DNA from: Giardia intestinalis
Taxonomy: Eukaryota
Reading direction: 5' to 3' (one strand)
DNA length: 64,000 nt
Assembly (NCBI GenBank): GCA_000002435.2
Contig: CM018793.1
Every line of letters starts with the position of its first letter. Positions within the stretch are counted from its first letter, which is position 1. Below are positions 48,842 to 58,961 of the stretch, in pieces. The position numbers and the translations under genes are program-made. The notes below the pieces were generated by a model, which had not been told where the DNA came from, did no database searches, and saw only the letters and a program-made list of their open reading frames with translations.

Positions 48842-49531
48842 ATGTCGTTCTTTGGCTCCTCTTTTGAACAAACGCTAGCACCGGTTTCGCAGGCTAAGGC
48901 AGCTTGCCTTCCGACTCACATGACCGCCTCAAGTGCAGACATGCCGTACACAGCTCATGTTCTTTTTTCTTTACTGCGGGATGAAACTCACGCTCAGCTG
49001 ACACGGGTTCAGAACACAATAGAGACGTCCTGCAACGCTGTAAAGGATCAGCTCATACAGGTAATTCTTGGGGAGAATTCCTTCCGTCAAGAGCAGTTTT
49101 CAGAGCTTATTGGAGCAACCAACTCAATTGCTACAGGGCTGGAGCGGTTTACACAGCAGCTTAGGGATATAAGTGCCCAGATTAAGGGAGTGGAGGGCCA
49201 AATACAGACTCTAATGGCGGAGCTGGAAGCGGTAGAAGGTCGCTTGGATGAATCGCTCAGGGGAAAAATCGATTCTGCTCGCATAGAAATAACTGCCTAC
49301 ATTTCATCACTTTCCAACAGCATGAAAGCAGAAGGTGAAAAGGTTAGACAAAAGGGTCAAGTAGTAGATGGTGACACGGGTGCAAAGGCTAATGAGGGCG
49401 CTCACCTGAATGCGATAAGCTACCAAGGGTTTGCGCAGCATCTGAGCAACATGGGTACACAAATAACAATGACTCAGCCGTTTATACCGGCGCCAGACCT
49501 ATCAACAAGAAGTAATAGCGACCTCATCTAA
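48842..49531 (+). CDS. Hypothetical coiled-coil protein (229 aa)
   Basis: ORF with ATG at 48842. Heptad-rich central region (IKGVEGQIQTLMAELEAVEGRLDESLRGKIDSARIEI). Its 3' end overlaps the stop of the convergent giant gene by 8 bp. Confidence 0.55.
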   Translation: MSFFGSSFEQTLAPVSQAKAACLPTHMTASSADMPYTAHVLFSLLRDETHAQLTRVQNTIETSCNAVKDQLIQVILGENSFRQEQFSELIGATNSIATGLERFTQQLRDISAQIKGVEGQIQTLMAELEAVEGRLDESLRGKIDSARIEITAYISSLSNSMKAEGEKVRQKGQVVDGDTGAKANEGAHLNAISYQGFAQHLSNMGTQITMTQPFIPAPDLSTRSNSDLI

Positions 49532-52500
49532 GACCAGAGTGTGAAGAGGTGCTTGTAGGCATGATTTTTCCGACACATGATACTACGATACTGTCTGAAT
49601 TGCCTGCTAGCGTTTCCCCTTTGACTACTATTTCTGTTGGCCTATGGAGCTTCACCTCAAAATGAAGATCAATGCTTGTTTGTGGGGAGAGTGTGAGTGG
49701 TCCAGTTGGTTCAGAGAGATTGAGAATGTTGCAGTCATATGTCAATGAGACTGAAAGAATATCTTCAGATAGATTTTTTAACAGAACATTAAAGGTTTTT
49801 TGGCGTATGTTGATTTTGGTTGGGATTGCTCGAAGGATTGTAGGATTGTTTTTGCTAGATCCTAGTACACTGCTTCCGCTTGTTGATTGTATAATCGTCT
49901 GGTGTGCTAACATCTTGGATGACATGGCCTTTTCTCGGGGGTCGATATCAGCGGGCACGTATTTCAAAAGGGGATATTTTTCGACATAGCTCTTACGACG
50001 CAGCTCATCAACACTCAGAGCAGCATACTCGACGTCAAGGTCTTCATCGTTAAACTGCCGCTTCCAGTCTAGCGGCGGAGGGCTGATGTTCGCAATTTTC
50101 GGGAGCGCCATATCCACAGGCTTTTTAGTGTTCATGTGCTTTCTCGGCCTTGCGCTTTTGGTGGGTTTATCAACACTGTAATCATAACTCACTTCATTCT
50201 TCTCTTCTTCGTTAGAGCGCACATGTTGTTCTGCAAACAGGGCCATCTGACGCGCCAGCTCCTCTTGTTGTTCCAGCTCACGCATAGCTTCCCTCTCACG
50301 CTGTCTCTTCTCCTTCTTCAGAATTGCAATCACAGATGTCAGAGCTTTACCAAGTGCTATTCCGGTCGTCTCCATCTTTTGGTAACTCTGAATAACTATG
50401 TCTCTTTGTGCGGCACTAAGCTTCCAATTGAGTTTTGTTTGTTCTAAGTGCTGATAACACAAAAGGTCCCCCTTCGTAAGGAATGAATGGAGCTCTATGA
50501 ACTCCACCACATTCGCTGCGTACTTATCGCCAGGGTGTAGCAGATATGGACTGTTAGGATCGAACAATGATAGAAATCTCTCTCCAAATGGGACGTGTAG
50601 AGGGCTAGGATCGGAAGCACCAGTTTCCCAGGCAGACTTTCCTTTAAGTTTCGGAGGCAGCACTATGCCTTGTGCAACTGTTGCGTGTGTCCCGCCCCTC
50701 GTTATCACGCCTTTCGCTCCAGCCTTTCCTCTAGATGTGGTAGAGAGCGTGCTCGCGTCACATGGACTGTCCTCAAGCGCTGAGGTCATCGGTAAATTAG
50801 TAAACGCAAGTGCAGACCGCATGGTGTTTAGTATCTGGCAAACTATGGATGAAAGGGGAAGGGAGAATAGGTAACGAGGCAGACAAGAAAGTTTGCTGGT
50901 GGTTGAAATTTTAAAGTATGCTTGGGACGAGCGTGAGCTTATGGCCGTGTAATTACTGGAGTCGATAAGCTGATGCAGCATTCCGATGTACCGTAAGTAT
51001 GATATGTCTGCATCGTGTAGACAAACCCAGGGCTCACAGTTGCGCAGATATCCCATACACTCGTCCTCTACACTGTAGCTAAGCGCGTTGCGCAAATCTG
51101 GACTGATAGGGTAAATAAAATACCTTGGACTAATGATGGGGCAGCAGGGCAAGGGAATGCCATTTGGATCCTGCATGCAATCATCCAGCAGCCCTTCTGC
51201 TGTCTGCGGATGTTCTTGTCGGGAAAGGTATACGGAGGATACCTTCGGGATACTGACAAAAGCAGGCTCCACCTGGTTTTTAAGATCCTTCCCCTTAGCT
51301 GAGGATTGAGCAACAGCCATAGCAGCCTCTTGCTCCATCTTTTGCCGAGAAATATCTGAGAAATGTTTGAAGAACAATTGGAGAGCGGAGTATGTTTTAA
51401 TTGGGTTGACCTCACTGAGGATGTCGACAATCTCGCGGTGAACCTCTAAAGGCGCATCATTTTCTAAGGGCTCTTCTTTCAGAGTAGTCTCTGGTTTATT
51501 AGTATCTTTATTAGATTTCTTTGGCGACTTCTCTTTTGCATCTTTCCTAGGTGCAGATTCTACAGATTGCTTTTCGAGAACGTCATTAAGCGCTTGCTCT
51601 CTTTTCAATATTCTTTGCATCGCCTTATCCTCACGTTCCTGGAGTACGCGTTCTAATTCAACGACAACATCAGCCTGAACTTTTGGTGGGATGACTGGGG
51701 GTAGGAAGGGTCTCACAGAGTTGAAGCAGTCCAGTTTTTTCTCCACGATTGTACAAGGCGGCTTTGCTAATGCATCAGAAGCAACGTCCTGACTTTGCTG
51801 CTCTGCAGATGTATTGGTGTCGGTGGCTACACGAGGAGGTTCCTTAGAGGTCTTCTTAGACGATTGGGTTCCAGTAGACGATGTCTCTTTCCTGGATGCG
51901 CCCTTTTCTTTAGATAACGACCTTTCGGGTTGTTGTACTGACTCCGTCAGAGTCACGAACTTGGTGATCTTTGGTTCAAAGGTACAGCCCAATCTGCAAA
52001 AGATTGTATTGCCAGTCCAATCCAGTAAGGAAAGACTAGGTGGATACGGGGAAATACTATGACCTCGACAATCAGGCGCATGTACTTCTGGAGACCCCAA
52101 GAGAAAGCGAGTTACACCACGCAAAGGCACAACAACAGAGTCTGTTCCGGTAACAAACGCTTCGTGATGCATTCTCCAAACAGACTCTGTGCCAAAAATA
52201 TCTAAGTAACAAGGATATACTGCAGGAAATTCGGAATACTCCTTCTGTGCTAAGTTACACATTTGCCTTGCCAACGTAAGCGTATCTTTTAGAGCCATGC
52301 TCTCACGTTCAATGTTATGTTGGCCCAAATGCGGTCTGCTTTTTGGATTGAAATTGATACGCTCAGGAATCTTGCGGGTGACCAACCACTTCTTCCGTTG
52401 CTCAAAGAAGACGTTCCAGAAAGGAAATCCCTGGCTGGCATATAAAACGAGCGGGGAGCTATACACTGGAATTGCACTCGAGCCTCCTTGGGTGGGAACT

Positions 52501-55500
52501 AGACAGGTTGATGGAGATGATCTGACCTGAAGAATAGATAAAAAGGCAGTGTCAGAGCGAAAGAGATGCAAGTACGATCCCTCTATAAACACTGCATCTC
52601 CATTACTCAGTAAAAAGAGCGTGCTTTTTGATACCAAAAAACGCACAATAAATGTATTAAAAATAGGTAATTCGATCAACAAAACATGCGTTTCATTGGA
52701 GTATGCACTGTCAGAAAAAAGATCGTCGGGGACCCTGGCCAACACTACGCTTGCAATGTTCGGAACAAGTCTAGCGTACTCCATAGATATTTCGCTTCGT
52801 TCAACTTCGTCGCCAAAAAGAAACGGCGCAGAACTGTGCTTGACGTTACAGTCTTGCCTGGTAGAATATTTTTCCGACGTGGTGCTATGCCTAGACTGTG
52901 ACTTAGCGGCACCATACTCTGTTAGAAACCCAATTATTTCATATATTATGTTGGAGATAAAGTTTGGCAAAGTATCTATAGAATCATTTGGACTCGAGAG
53001 CTTTTCGTGTGCAGTTACTTGGATTTTCGACTCGTTATTTTCTGCAAAAGTCAGATCAACCAGCACAATGCCATTGCACTGGACATTACACGACCCATCA
53101 GAATACATTGCAAACTCAATATGGTCGGTGTTGCAACACGCTGTTGACCTGCTAGGGGTGAGCGCACCACAGAATTCGGCAATCAGCGCAAATCGAGCTA
53201 GATCTGGTCGCTTTGTATAAAGGAGGTCTTCTTCCAAGGCAATTCTACACATGAGAGCGCGCTCAGGCTCTTGTGGTGCAGGGTTTTGAGAAGAACTACT
53301 TTCTACCAGTGAGGATGCTACAGGATTGGCGTCGACTGTCTTAACGCTTCCACGAGCACCACTTCTACTCTGAGTTCTGGACGGGTTGCCTGATGATTCG
53401 TTTGCAGGTCTCTCCGTCTCTTCCGGCGTCAGGTGTGCTGGAATGGGCACTGGCTCCTGGAGAGCCGATGTATCCACAAAAACGCTACAATCTGATAGTA
53501 TGTATGTTAGCGTATACTGCTTTATTATGCCCACACTTTTATCTCCAAAGAGAATATTAAGTTTAGCGGTCATTGGAATAGCAGTCGTTAAGGGACCAAG
53601 CCCATCACCGCTATCCTTCTGGGACACTACTTCAATCCTGGATATGTTTTCCTCTGTTTCAGAAAGCATTACAAAGTGATCAGCGTAGTCTCCAGTACCA
53701 AGGTCAGATTCTGGTTGAACAAAAAGGCTAGCCCACATTCGATAAAAGTCAATTCGTCTCTGTAAGGGTGAGGATGAAATGGAGGATTTGTCGTTTGGAG
53801 TGAGGTAGAATGTGGAGTAATTCCTTAAACTATAATTAGGATGGATCGAGAACGATGTCTGTGCTTTAGCTTTGATAAAATCTGCAAATACCGTTTTAGA
53901 GAGGCGCTGTGGCGTGCTATTTATGCGCCCATATTGACTTTTAGAAAACGCTGAAGCCTCTACAACAACAGTTGTGGGCATCTGCTCTCTTTGCTTTGAA
54001 TCTTTGCCTTTGCCAACGCTTCCTACGGAATCTTTCCTTAACCCCTCTACGCAACTTGCCGAAATAGCCTCTCGAAGGCGACTAATAAGAGAAGCATTCT
54101 TGTTTTGCGAAGTATAATTCAAATACGTACAGTGCGACCCCTTTCCTGCAGTTTGTGCGTAATACACTGCAGAGACACTTATCTTCACATGCTTCTTCAA
54201 TCCACTAAGGCGGAGTTGGGTCACAGGATGCTTTTGCTTTGAGTAACTTTCCTCGTCAATGAGATCCTCATAGTCTGAATTCAGGAACCCCAGAAGACTA
54301 TTAAGTATAAAAGCCGACGGTTCATCACCATATAGTTCAAACAAAATAAGGGAAAGTGCTAACTCCAGGTTAAGCTCAGCGAGATCCTCGGGTGTTATTG
54401 CTGGGTCAACCTGGATAGCAGAGCCCTTGTCTTTTGCAGCACTACTTGCCGGCTTCCCTTTCTGTGGAACGTCCTTTTGATCATTGCGTATAGCATCACA
54501 GTGGTACCTCGTGAAGAAATCTTTGTAGCTCTCTGGCTTCAAAGGCGCAACGGGCCCCAATTGTGCCATTAAGCAGGGTATGCTATCAGAAGAAAAGTAA
54601 ATCCATTGAGAATCCGCTACTAATAGAGAGGCCAGTGACATATCGTTTGTGCAAGAGGAAACAGAAGCACTTGCTCCCCTGTTCTCCTCCATGATGGGTT
54701 CGAGTCCCTCTAATTCCACAGTGTGGTTGCTTTTGTCATCGGTTTCTGAACACTGTGCCTCTAAGCTTGGGTTAACTGCTGGTGAGATTCTTGAGCTACT
54801 TGAATCTCTCTGTTTTGTGCGACTTCCTTGTGGTCTAGAGTCTAACGAAGAGTCCAGAGCGTGTTGTTGACTCGATACTAGATACGGCTCACCATTGTCC
54901 AAATAAAGACTGGATCTCGCAAGATTGTCATCAGAAGAAGACCCGGCCGTTTGACAATTGACCTTCGAGTTTGCAAATTCAGCTACTTGTCGATATGTAG
55001 CCACACATGCTTCGGTAACAGTTTCTATTATAAAGTCTATAAACTGTGAGATTGGGTTTGGCTTTCGGACCCTATGGGGAGAGATACGATAAGATGGTTG
55101 CCCCGTTGATGCTGATTGCTCATTGTGTCCATCTTTTCCATGTAGAAACTCGTTAAAGGATGCGGGACTATCGGCATAGCAGTAGCAAATAGAGTACACA
55201 AGTGCGGGATCTGCCAATTCGCTCGGTGCCGACACTGGCGAAAACTGTTCCAGTGCATTTCGCCACTCCACGTAGCTGGGAACGACCGTTGATAGGACAG
55301 AGATAGGGTCGTATGGAATATCCAGCAATCTGCAGAGCTCTTGCAGATGTCTCAAGAGATACTGTTGTATATTACGCAAAAGAGACTGTTTCAGGACCAG
55401 CTCGTTTGTGTTCTCGAGAGTTCTCAAAACAACTCCATCTTCATTTGGTTCAATGAGCTTCTGGGAGAGACAAAGAGAGTTTGTTAGTGGCTCAAAATAG

Positions 55501-57347
55501 GCATAGTTCATTACTGGAATAATAGGCTTCGGTACCAGGGCTGTGTAGTACGCCAATCGATTTTGCGCCTCAGACGTTTTCGTGCCTAGCTTGATAACTG
55601 CACTGTGCTGAAGGTTCTTATGTACCACTGTCTCCGGTAATGCAGCGGTAATATCTAGGATATTATTAGGTGGTAAAGGACCAGGAGAACCATTGGCTAC
55701 TAATAGCTCATTCAGATGTAGGACAAGGGTCTTCCTGACCAAGGTCTCCGCCTCTTGAATTGAAAGCGGTTGAGGGCTTTCTTTGAGGAATAGCCTAATG
55801 AGCTCCTGAAAGTCTGATCTCCGTAACATCACAGTTCGCGGCGATAGACTGCGAAAGTTTTCAAGAATAGCATAATTCCGTTCTGGGAAGTATTCTTCTA
55901 TGAGTTTTTGAATGTCTAATGTCGCTATTTGGGCGTCCAAGGCCCTCTTTTTATAGGTCTTGACCTCTTCAGAGACACAACGATTCAAGGTTATAGTGTA
56001 AGTGTCATAGAGAGAGGTATATGCTGTCGCTTTGTTCATCTGCGGTGAGAGTGCTTCGTACGTGTTCTGGAGTGGCTCATTTGTGTCACAATTCAAGGCG
56101 TGCCCATCATTGTGTCCTGCTTCCCTGTTACCCTTGGAGCTGCTGTAAAGACGTAATAGACCGGTGATACCAGTGAATGAACTAGGAAGGCCTTCAAATC
56201 TTTGCCTGAACAAATTGCTGTCTTCAAATGGAGCAAAGCAAGTACTTTCAGAATGGATGACACTCCGCAGAGGAAATAAAAGAGGTCCAGTAATTGTGCG
56301 ATCTGATAGAGTAACAGACTCATCAGTTAACGCGGACGATTCCTCGCCTGCGTGATTCCAGCTGAGCTCGACAGGAGTAGACTGACAATCCTCATGTTCG
56401 GCTGATTCTTCTCTATTTCCTGCCAAGTTCGATTCACGTGGTCCACGTGTTTGCAAGACATTGAGAGAGATATCTCCTTCAGAGAGAGGTATGTTGTCTG
56501 CTACAGACGCAGGCTGGGCAAGTTGTGTGTCTGCCTTCTTGGGATCTGGAGAGCACAGCACCACAGCATCAACCATGGCACCTAGCAACACAGATAAGTG
56601 ATTTTGATCTGCTGGGGAGAAGTAGCTCATCCGTGTTCTATAGAGACGCATCATCCTAGGCCCAAGCACAGCCGTATCATACAAAAGGTGTAATGACGGG
56701 CAACCGAGCGTAACAATCATTGGTGGCATAACATCGAGCCAAACGGAATGTCCGCTGACATTATGTACTCTAGATGCGCGCAGATGGGCCATGTAAAGGC
56801 GTCTATGCATCCACTCACGAAGCAGCTCCTGAGCCACAGAAAGGAGAAGCGGGAACTCTATAGCGGTTTCGTTTATAAGATATTCGTGGAAGTCCTTCGT
56901 CTCAACCTTTGGGGCTTCGTTTTTGCTGTCGGATTTTCCCTTGCTCTTCTCTATGGGTTTTGCAGCGACCTCCTGACTGGGGCAATAAAAGTGTCGCAGA
57001 TTGATATCTAGTTCTGGGAAGGTGCAACTATATGAAGCATCTGACGTGCTAGATCCTGAAGTCAGAGTCACCTGCCCGCCGACGCACAAGTCCAAAGCGC
57101 GTAAATCGCTCTGTTCTATTCCATCTATCAATACAAAGGTGGTGTGCTCAACACCCAAGGATAGCGCAGCAGTGCGTTTGGCACTAACCACGTCCTGTAA
57201 AGAAGAAAGAAGCATCGTCTGCTTAGATGCACAATCAGCTGTGAAATCAAGATAGACAAGATCCTTGAACACCGGAGAAGATAAGTCGGCGGCTAAGGCC
57301 TCGGTACAAGGACCAACCCGACGGATGAGGAGGGGAACAATCCTCAT
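49524..57347 (-). CDS. Giant hypothetical protein (2607 aa)
   Basis: 7.8-kb uninterrupted ORF with ATG at 57345-57347 (complement). The C-terminal about 120 aa has an alternating hydrophobic pattern suggestive of a beta-sandwich (ASH/MSP-like) domain. That assignment is weak. Confidence 0.8.
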   Translation of the reverse strand: MRIVPLLIRRVGPCTEALAADLSSPVFKDLVYLDFTADCASKQTMLLSSLQDVVSAKRTAALSLGVEHTTFVLIDGIEQSDLRALDLCVGGQVTLTSGSSTSDASYSCTFPELDINLRHFYCPSQEVAAKPIEKSKGKSDSKNEAPKVETKDFHEYLINETAIEFPLLLSVAQELLREWMHRRLYMAHLRASRVHNVSGHSVWLDVMPPMIVTLGCPSLHLLYDTAVLGPRMMRLYRTRMSYFSPADQNHLSVLLGAMVDAVVLCSPDPKKADTQLAQPASVADNIPLSEGDISLNVLQTRGPRESNLAGNREESAEHEDCQSTPVELSWNHAGEESSALTDESVTLSDRTITGPLLFPLRSVIHSESTCFAPFEDSNLFRQRFEGLPSSFTGITGLLRLYSSSKGNREAGHNDGHALNCDTNEPLQNTYEALSPQMNKATAYTSLYDTYTITLNRCVSEEVKTYKKRALDAQIATLDIQKLIEEYFPERNYAILENFRSLSPRTVMLRRSDFQELIRLFLKESPQPLSIQEAETLVRKTLVLHLNELLVANGSPGPLPPNNILDITAALPETVVHKNLQHSAVIKLGTKTSEAQNRLAYYTALVPKPIIPVMNYAYFEPLTNSLCLSQKLIEPNEDGVVLRTLENTNELVLKQSLLRNIQQYLLRHLQELCRLLDIPYDPISVLSTVVPSYVEWRNALEQFSPVSAPSELADPALVYSICYCYADSPASFNEFLHGKDGHNEQSASTGQPSYRISPHRVRKPNPISQFIDFIIETVTEACVATYRQVAEFANSKVNCQTAGSSSDDNLARSSLYLDNGEPYLVSSQQHALDSSLDSRPQGSRTKQRDSSSSRISPAVNPSLEAQCSETDDKSNHTVELEGLEPIMEENRGASASVSSCTNDMSLASLLVADSQWIYFSSDSIPCLMAQLGPVAPLKPESYKDFFTRYHCDAIRNDQKDVPQKGKPASSAAKDKGSAIQVDPAITPEDLAELNLELALSLILFELYGDEPSAFILNSLLGFLNSDYEDLIDEESYSKQKHPVTQLRLSGLKKHVKISVSAVYYAQTAGKGSHCTYLNYTSQNKNASLISRLREAISASCVEGLRKDSVGSVGKGKDSKQREQMPTTVVVEASAFSKSQYGRINSTPQRLSKTVFADFIKAKAQTSFSIHPNYSLRNYSTFYLTPNDKSSISSSPLQRRIDFYRMWASLFVQPESDLGTGDYADHFVMLSETEENISRIEVVSQKDSGDGLGPLTTAIPMTAKLNILFGDKSVGIIKQYTLTYILSDCSVFVDTSALQEPVPIPAHLTPEETERPANESSGNPSRTQSRSGARGSVKTVDANPVASSLVESSSSQNPAPQEPERALMCRIALEEDLLYTKRPDLARFALIAEFCGALTPSRSTACCNTDHIEFAMYSDGSCNVQCNGIVLVDLTFAENNESKIQVTAHEKLSSPNDSIDTLPNFISNIIYEIIGFLTEYGAAKSQSRHSTTSEKYSTRQDCNVKHSSAPFLFGDEVERSEISMEYARLVPNIASVVLARVPDDLFSDSAYSNETHVLLIELPIFNTFIVRFLVSKSTLFLLSNGDAVFIEGSYLHLFRSDTAFLSILQVRSSPSTCLVPTQGGSSAIPVYSSPLVLYASQGFPFWNVFFEQRKKWLVTRKIPERINFNPKSRPHLGQHNIERESMALKDTLTLARQMCNLAQKEYSEFPAVYPCYLDIFGTESVWRMHHEAFVTGTDSVVVPLRGVTRFLLGSPEVHAPDCRGHSISPYPPSLSLLDWTGNTIFCRLGCTFEPKITKFVTLTESVQQPERSLSKEKGASRKETSSTGTQSSKKTSKEPPRVATDTNTSAEQQSQDVASDALAKPPCTIVEKKLDCFNSVRPFLPPVIPPKVQADVVVELERVLQEREDKAMQRILKREQALNDVLEKQSVESAPRKDAKEKSPKKSNKDTNKPETTLKEEPLENDAPLEVHREIVDILSEVNPIKTYSALQLFFKHFSDISRQKMEQEAAMAVAQSSAKGKDLKNQVEPAFVSIPKVSSVYLSRQEHPQTAEGLLDDCMQDPNGIPLPCCPIISPRYFIYPISPDLRNALSYSVEDECMGYLRNCEPWVCLHDADISYLRYIGMLHQLIDSSNYTAISSRSSQAYFKISTTSKLSCLPRYLFSLPLSSIVCQILNTMRSALAFTNLPMTSALEDSPCDASTLSTTSRGKAGAKGVITRGGTHATVAQGIVLPPKLKGKSAWETGASDPSPLHVPFGERFLSLFDPNSPYLLHPGDKYAANVVEFIELHSFLTKGDLLCYQHLEQTKLNWKLSAAQRDIVIQSYQKMETTGIALGKALTSVIAILKKEKRQREREAMRELEQQEELARQMALFAEQHVRSNEEEKNEVSYDYSVDKPTKSARPRKHMNTKKPVDMALPKIANISPPPLDWKRQFNDEDLDVEYAALSVDELRRKSYVEKYPLLKYVPADIDPREKAMSSKMLAHQTIIQSTSGSSVLGSSKNNPTILRAIPTKINIRQKTFNVLLKNLSEDILSVSLTYDCNILNLSEPTGPLTLSPQTSIDLHFEVKLHRPTEIVVKGETLAGNSDSIVVSCVGKIMPTSTSSHSGLR

Positions 57348-57432
57348 AGTTGCAGGATTTGCTGAAATTTCAACTAGTTATTTACAATTTCAGTATGTTT
57401 GGCAATCAATAATAAACAATTGCAATTAATAA
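57348..57432. promoter_or_regulatory. A/T-rich divergent promoter spacer between the giant minus-strand gene and NOP2
   Basis: 85 bp, about 75% A+T (TTTCAACTAGTTATTTACAATTTCAGTATGTTTGGCAATCAATAATAAACAATTGCAATTAATAA), flanked by two outward-facing start codons. Confidence 0.4.
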
Positions 57433-58941
57433 ATGACGAAGCACGGAGCGAAGGGAAAGAGTAGCGCTGCACGAGGTCAAAGGGCTGCACAAAGAAAGGC
57501 TGTGGAAGTGCCACGTAAGGAGGATGATAGTTCTTCTGTCTCTAGCTCCTCATCCAATAGTGATTTCTCTTCCGAAGGAGCTCCAGGCCCAATGGCAAGT
57601 GGCTTCGTCGGGTTCAGCAAGGGGGCAAGTGAGCCTGGCCGCAAAAGGCTTTTTGACGACAGCGACGAAGAGAATGACCACTCTGATTCTAGCCCACAAC
57701 AAAAGGAAGTGGCAGAAGAGTTTGGAAGTGAGGAGTCTACTTTCACAGACGAGAAGATTGACATAGGCCTCAAAGCTACACGACCTGCAATCCGGGCTAT
57801 GCAAGAGGCGCAGGAAGAGAACATGAAGGAGCTTAGGCATACGGAAATCTACGATCCGCGTGTAGATGAGGTCACCAACATAGAAGGAATTCGTGGAAGG
57901 ATCTTGCGTGTCGTTGGGGTCCTGGCAGACTTCAAGTCACGGCGCCATCCTGATCTGAGCCGCATGTTCTATCTAGAGCTACTTAAGAAGGATATATCGG
58001 TAGCGTATGGTTACTCAGACGGCGTCATTGACATTTTGCTAGGTCTTTTTGGCCCCATAGACTTCCATGCGTTTATAACAGCTTGCGAGAAGCCACGCCC
58101 ACTCACCATTCGTGTCAATTCCCTGAAGGTCAAGCGGCGCCAACTCGCGCAGATGCTTATTGCACGCGGCGTCAACCTGGATCCTCTTGGTGACTGGTGT
58201 AAGGATGGCCTGCAGATCTTCTCCTCCCAGGTGCCCATAGGAGCAACCCCGGAGTATCTGCGTGGATACTACATGATACAAGACGCTGCCTCGTTCTTGC
58301 CGCCCATGGCGTTGAGTCCCAAGCCAGGCGAGCGTATTCTTGACATGTCTGCGGCTCCAGGAGGAAAGACAACGCATCTAGGAGCCCTGATGCAGGACTC
58401 TGGAATGATCCTCGCTAATGACATGAACAGGGACAGAATACCTGCTCTTCAGGCCAATCTGGCTCGAATGGGTGTGACGTGCGCCGTGATTTCTTGCAGT
58501 GACGCTAGAGAGCTGGCACAGTGCACTGGGAACTTTGACAGGGTGTTACTTGACGCTCCTTGTACGGGGCTGGGCGTCGTTTCTAAGGATGCAAGCATCA
58601 AGGCCAACAGGACATTCGAAGATATACACAAGCTTTCTCACCTCCAGAAGGAGCTTCTTAAATGTGCATTTGATCTTTTAGCGAAGCATCCCTCAAGCCC
58701 ACGATTGGTATGCTATTCTACTTGCAGCGTAACACTGTCTGAAAACGAGGCCGTAATAGACTGTATTTTGCGCACGCGGAATGTCGAGGTTGTGGATCTG
58801 CCATTTAACTTCGGAAAACCCGGAATTACGAGATTCAATGGTGTGAGCTATCACCCATCCATTCAGAAGGCACGTCGCTTCTATCCGCATATACACAACA
58901 CCCATGGATTCTTCATCTGTCTGCTGCGTCTCAAAGTGTAG
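57433..58941 (+). CDS. NOP2: NOP2/NSUN-family rRNA (cytosine-C5) methyltransferase
   Basis: 502 aa. The N-terminus is acidic and Ser-rich. Motif I is DMSAAPGGKTTHL, motif IV is FDRVLLDAPCTGLGV (Pro-Cys), and motif VI is LVCYSTCS (Thr-Cys). This is the NOL1/NOP2/Sun signature. Confidence 0.88.
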   Translation: MTKHGAKGKSSAARGQRAAQRKAVEVPRKEDDSSSVSSSSSNSDFSSEGAPGPMASGFVGFSKGASEPGRKRLFDDSDEENDHSDSSPQQKEVAEEFGSEESTFTDEKIDIGLKATRPAIRAMQEAQEENMKELRHTEIYDPRVDEVTNIEGIRGRILRVVGVLADFKSRRHPDLSRMFYLELLKKDISVAYGYSDGVIDILLGLFGPIDFHAFITACEKPRPLTIRVNSLKVKRRQLAQMLIARGVNLDPLGDWCKDGLQIFSSQVPIGATPEYLRGYYMIQDAASFLPPMALSPKPGERILDMSAAPGGKTTHLGALMQDSGMILANDMNRDRIPALQANLARMGVTCAVISCSDARELAQCTGNFDRVLLDAPCTGLGVVSKDASIKANRTFEDIHKLSHLQKELLKCAFDLLAKHPSSPRLVCYSTCSVTLSENEAVIDCILRTRNVEVVDLPFNFGKPGITRFNGVSYHPSIQKARRFYPHIHNTHGFFICLLRLKV

Positions 58942-58961
58942 GACGCGCATCTAGTGTCCAT

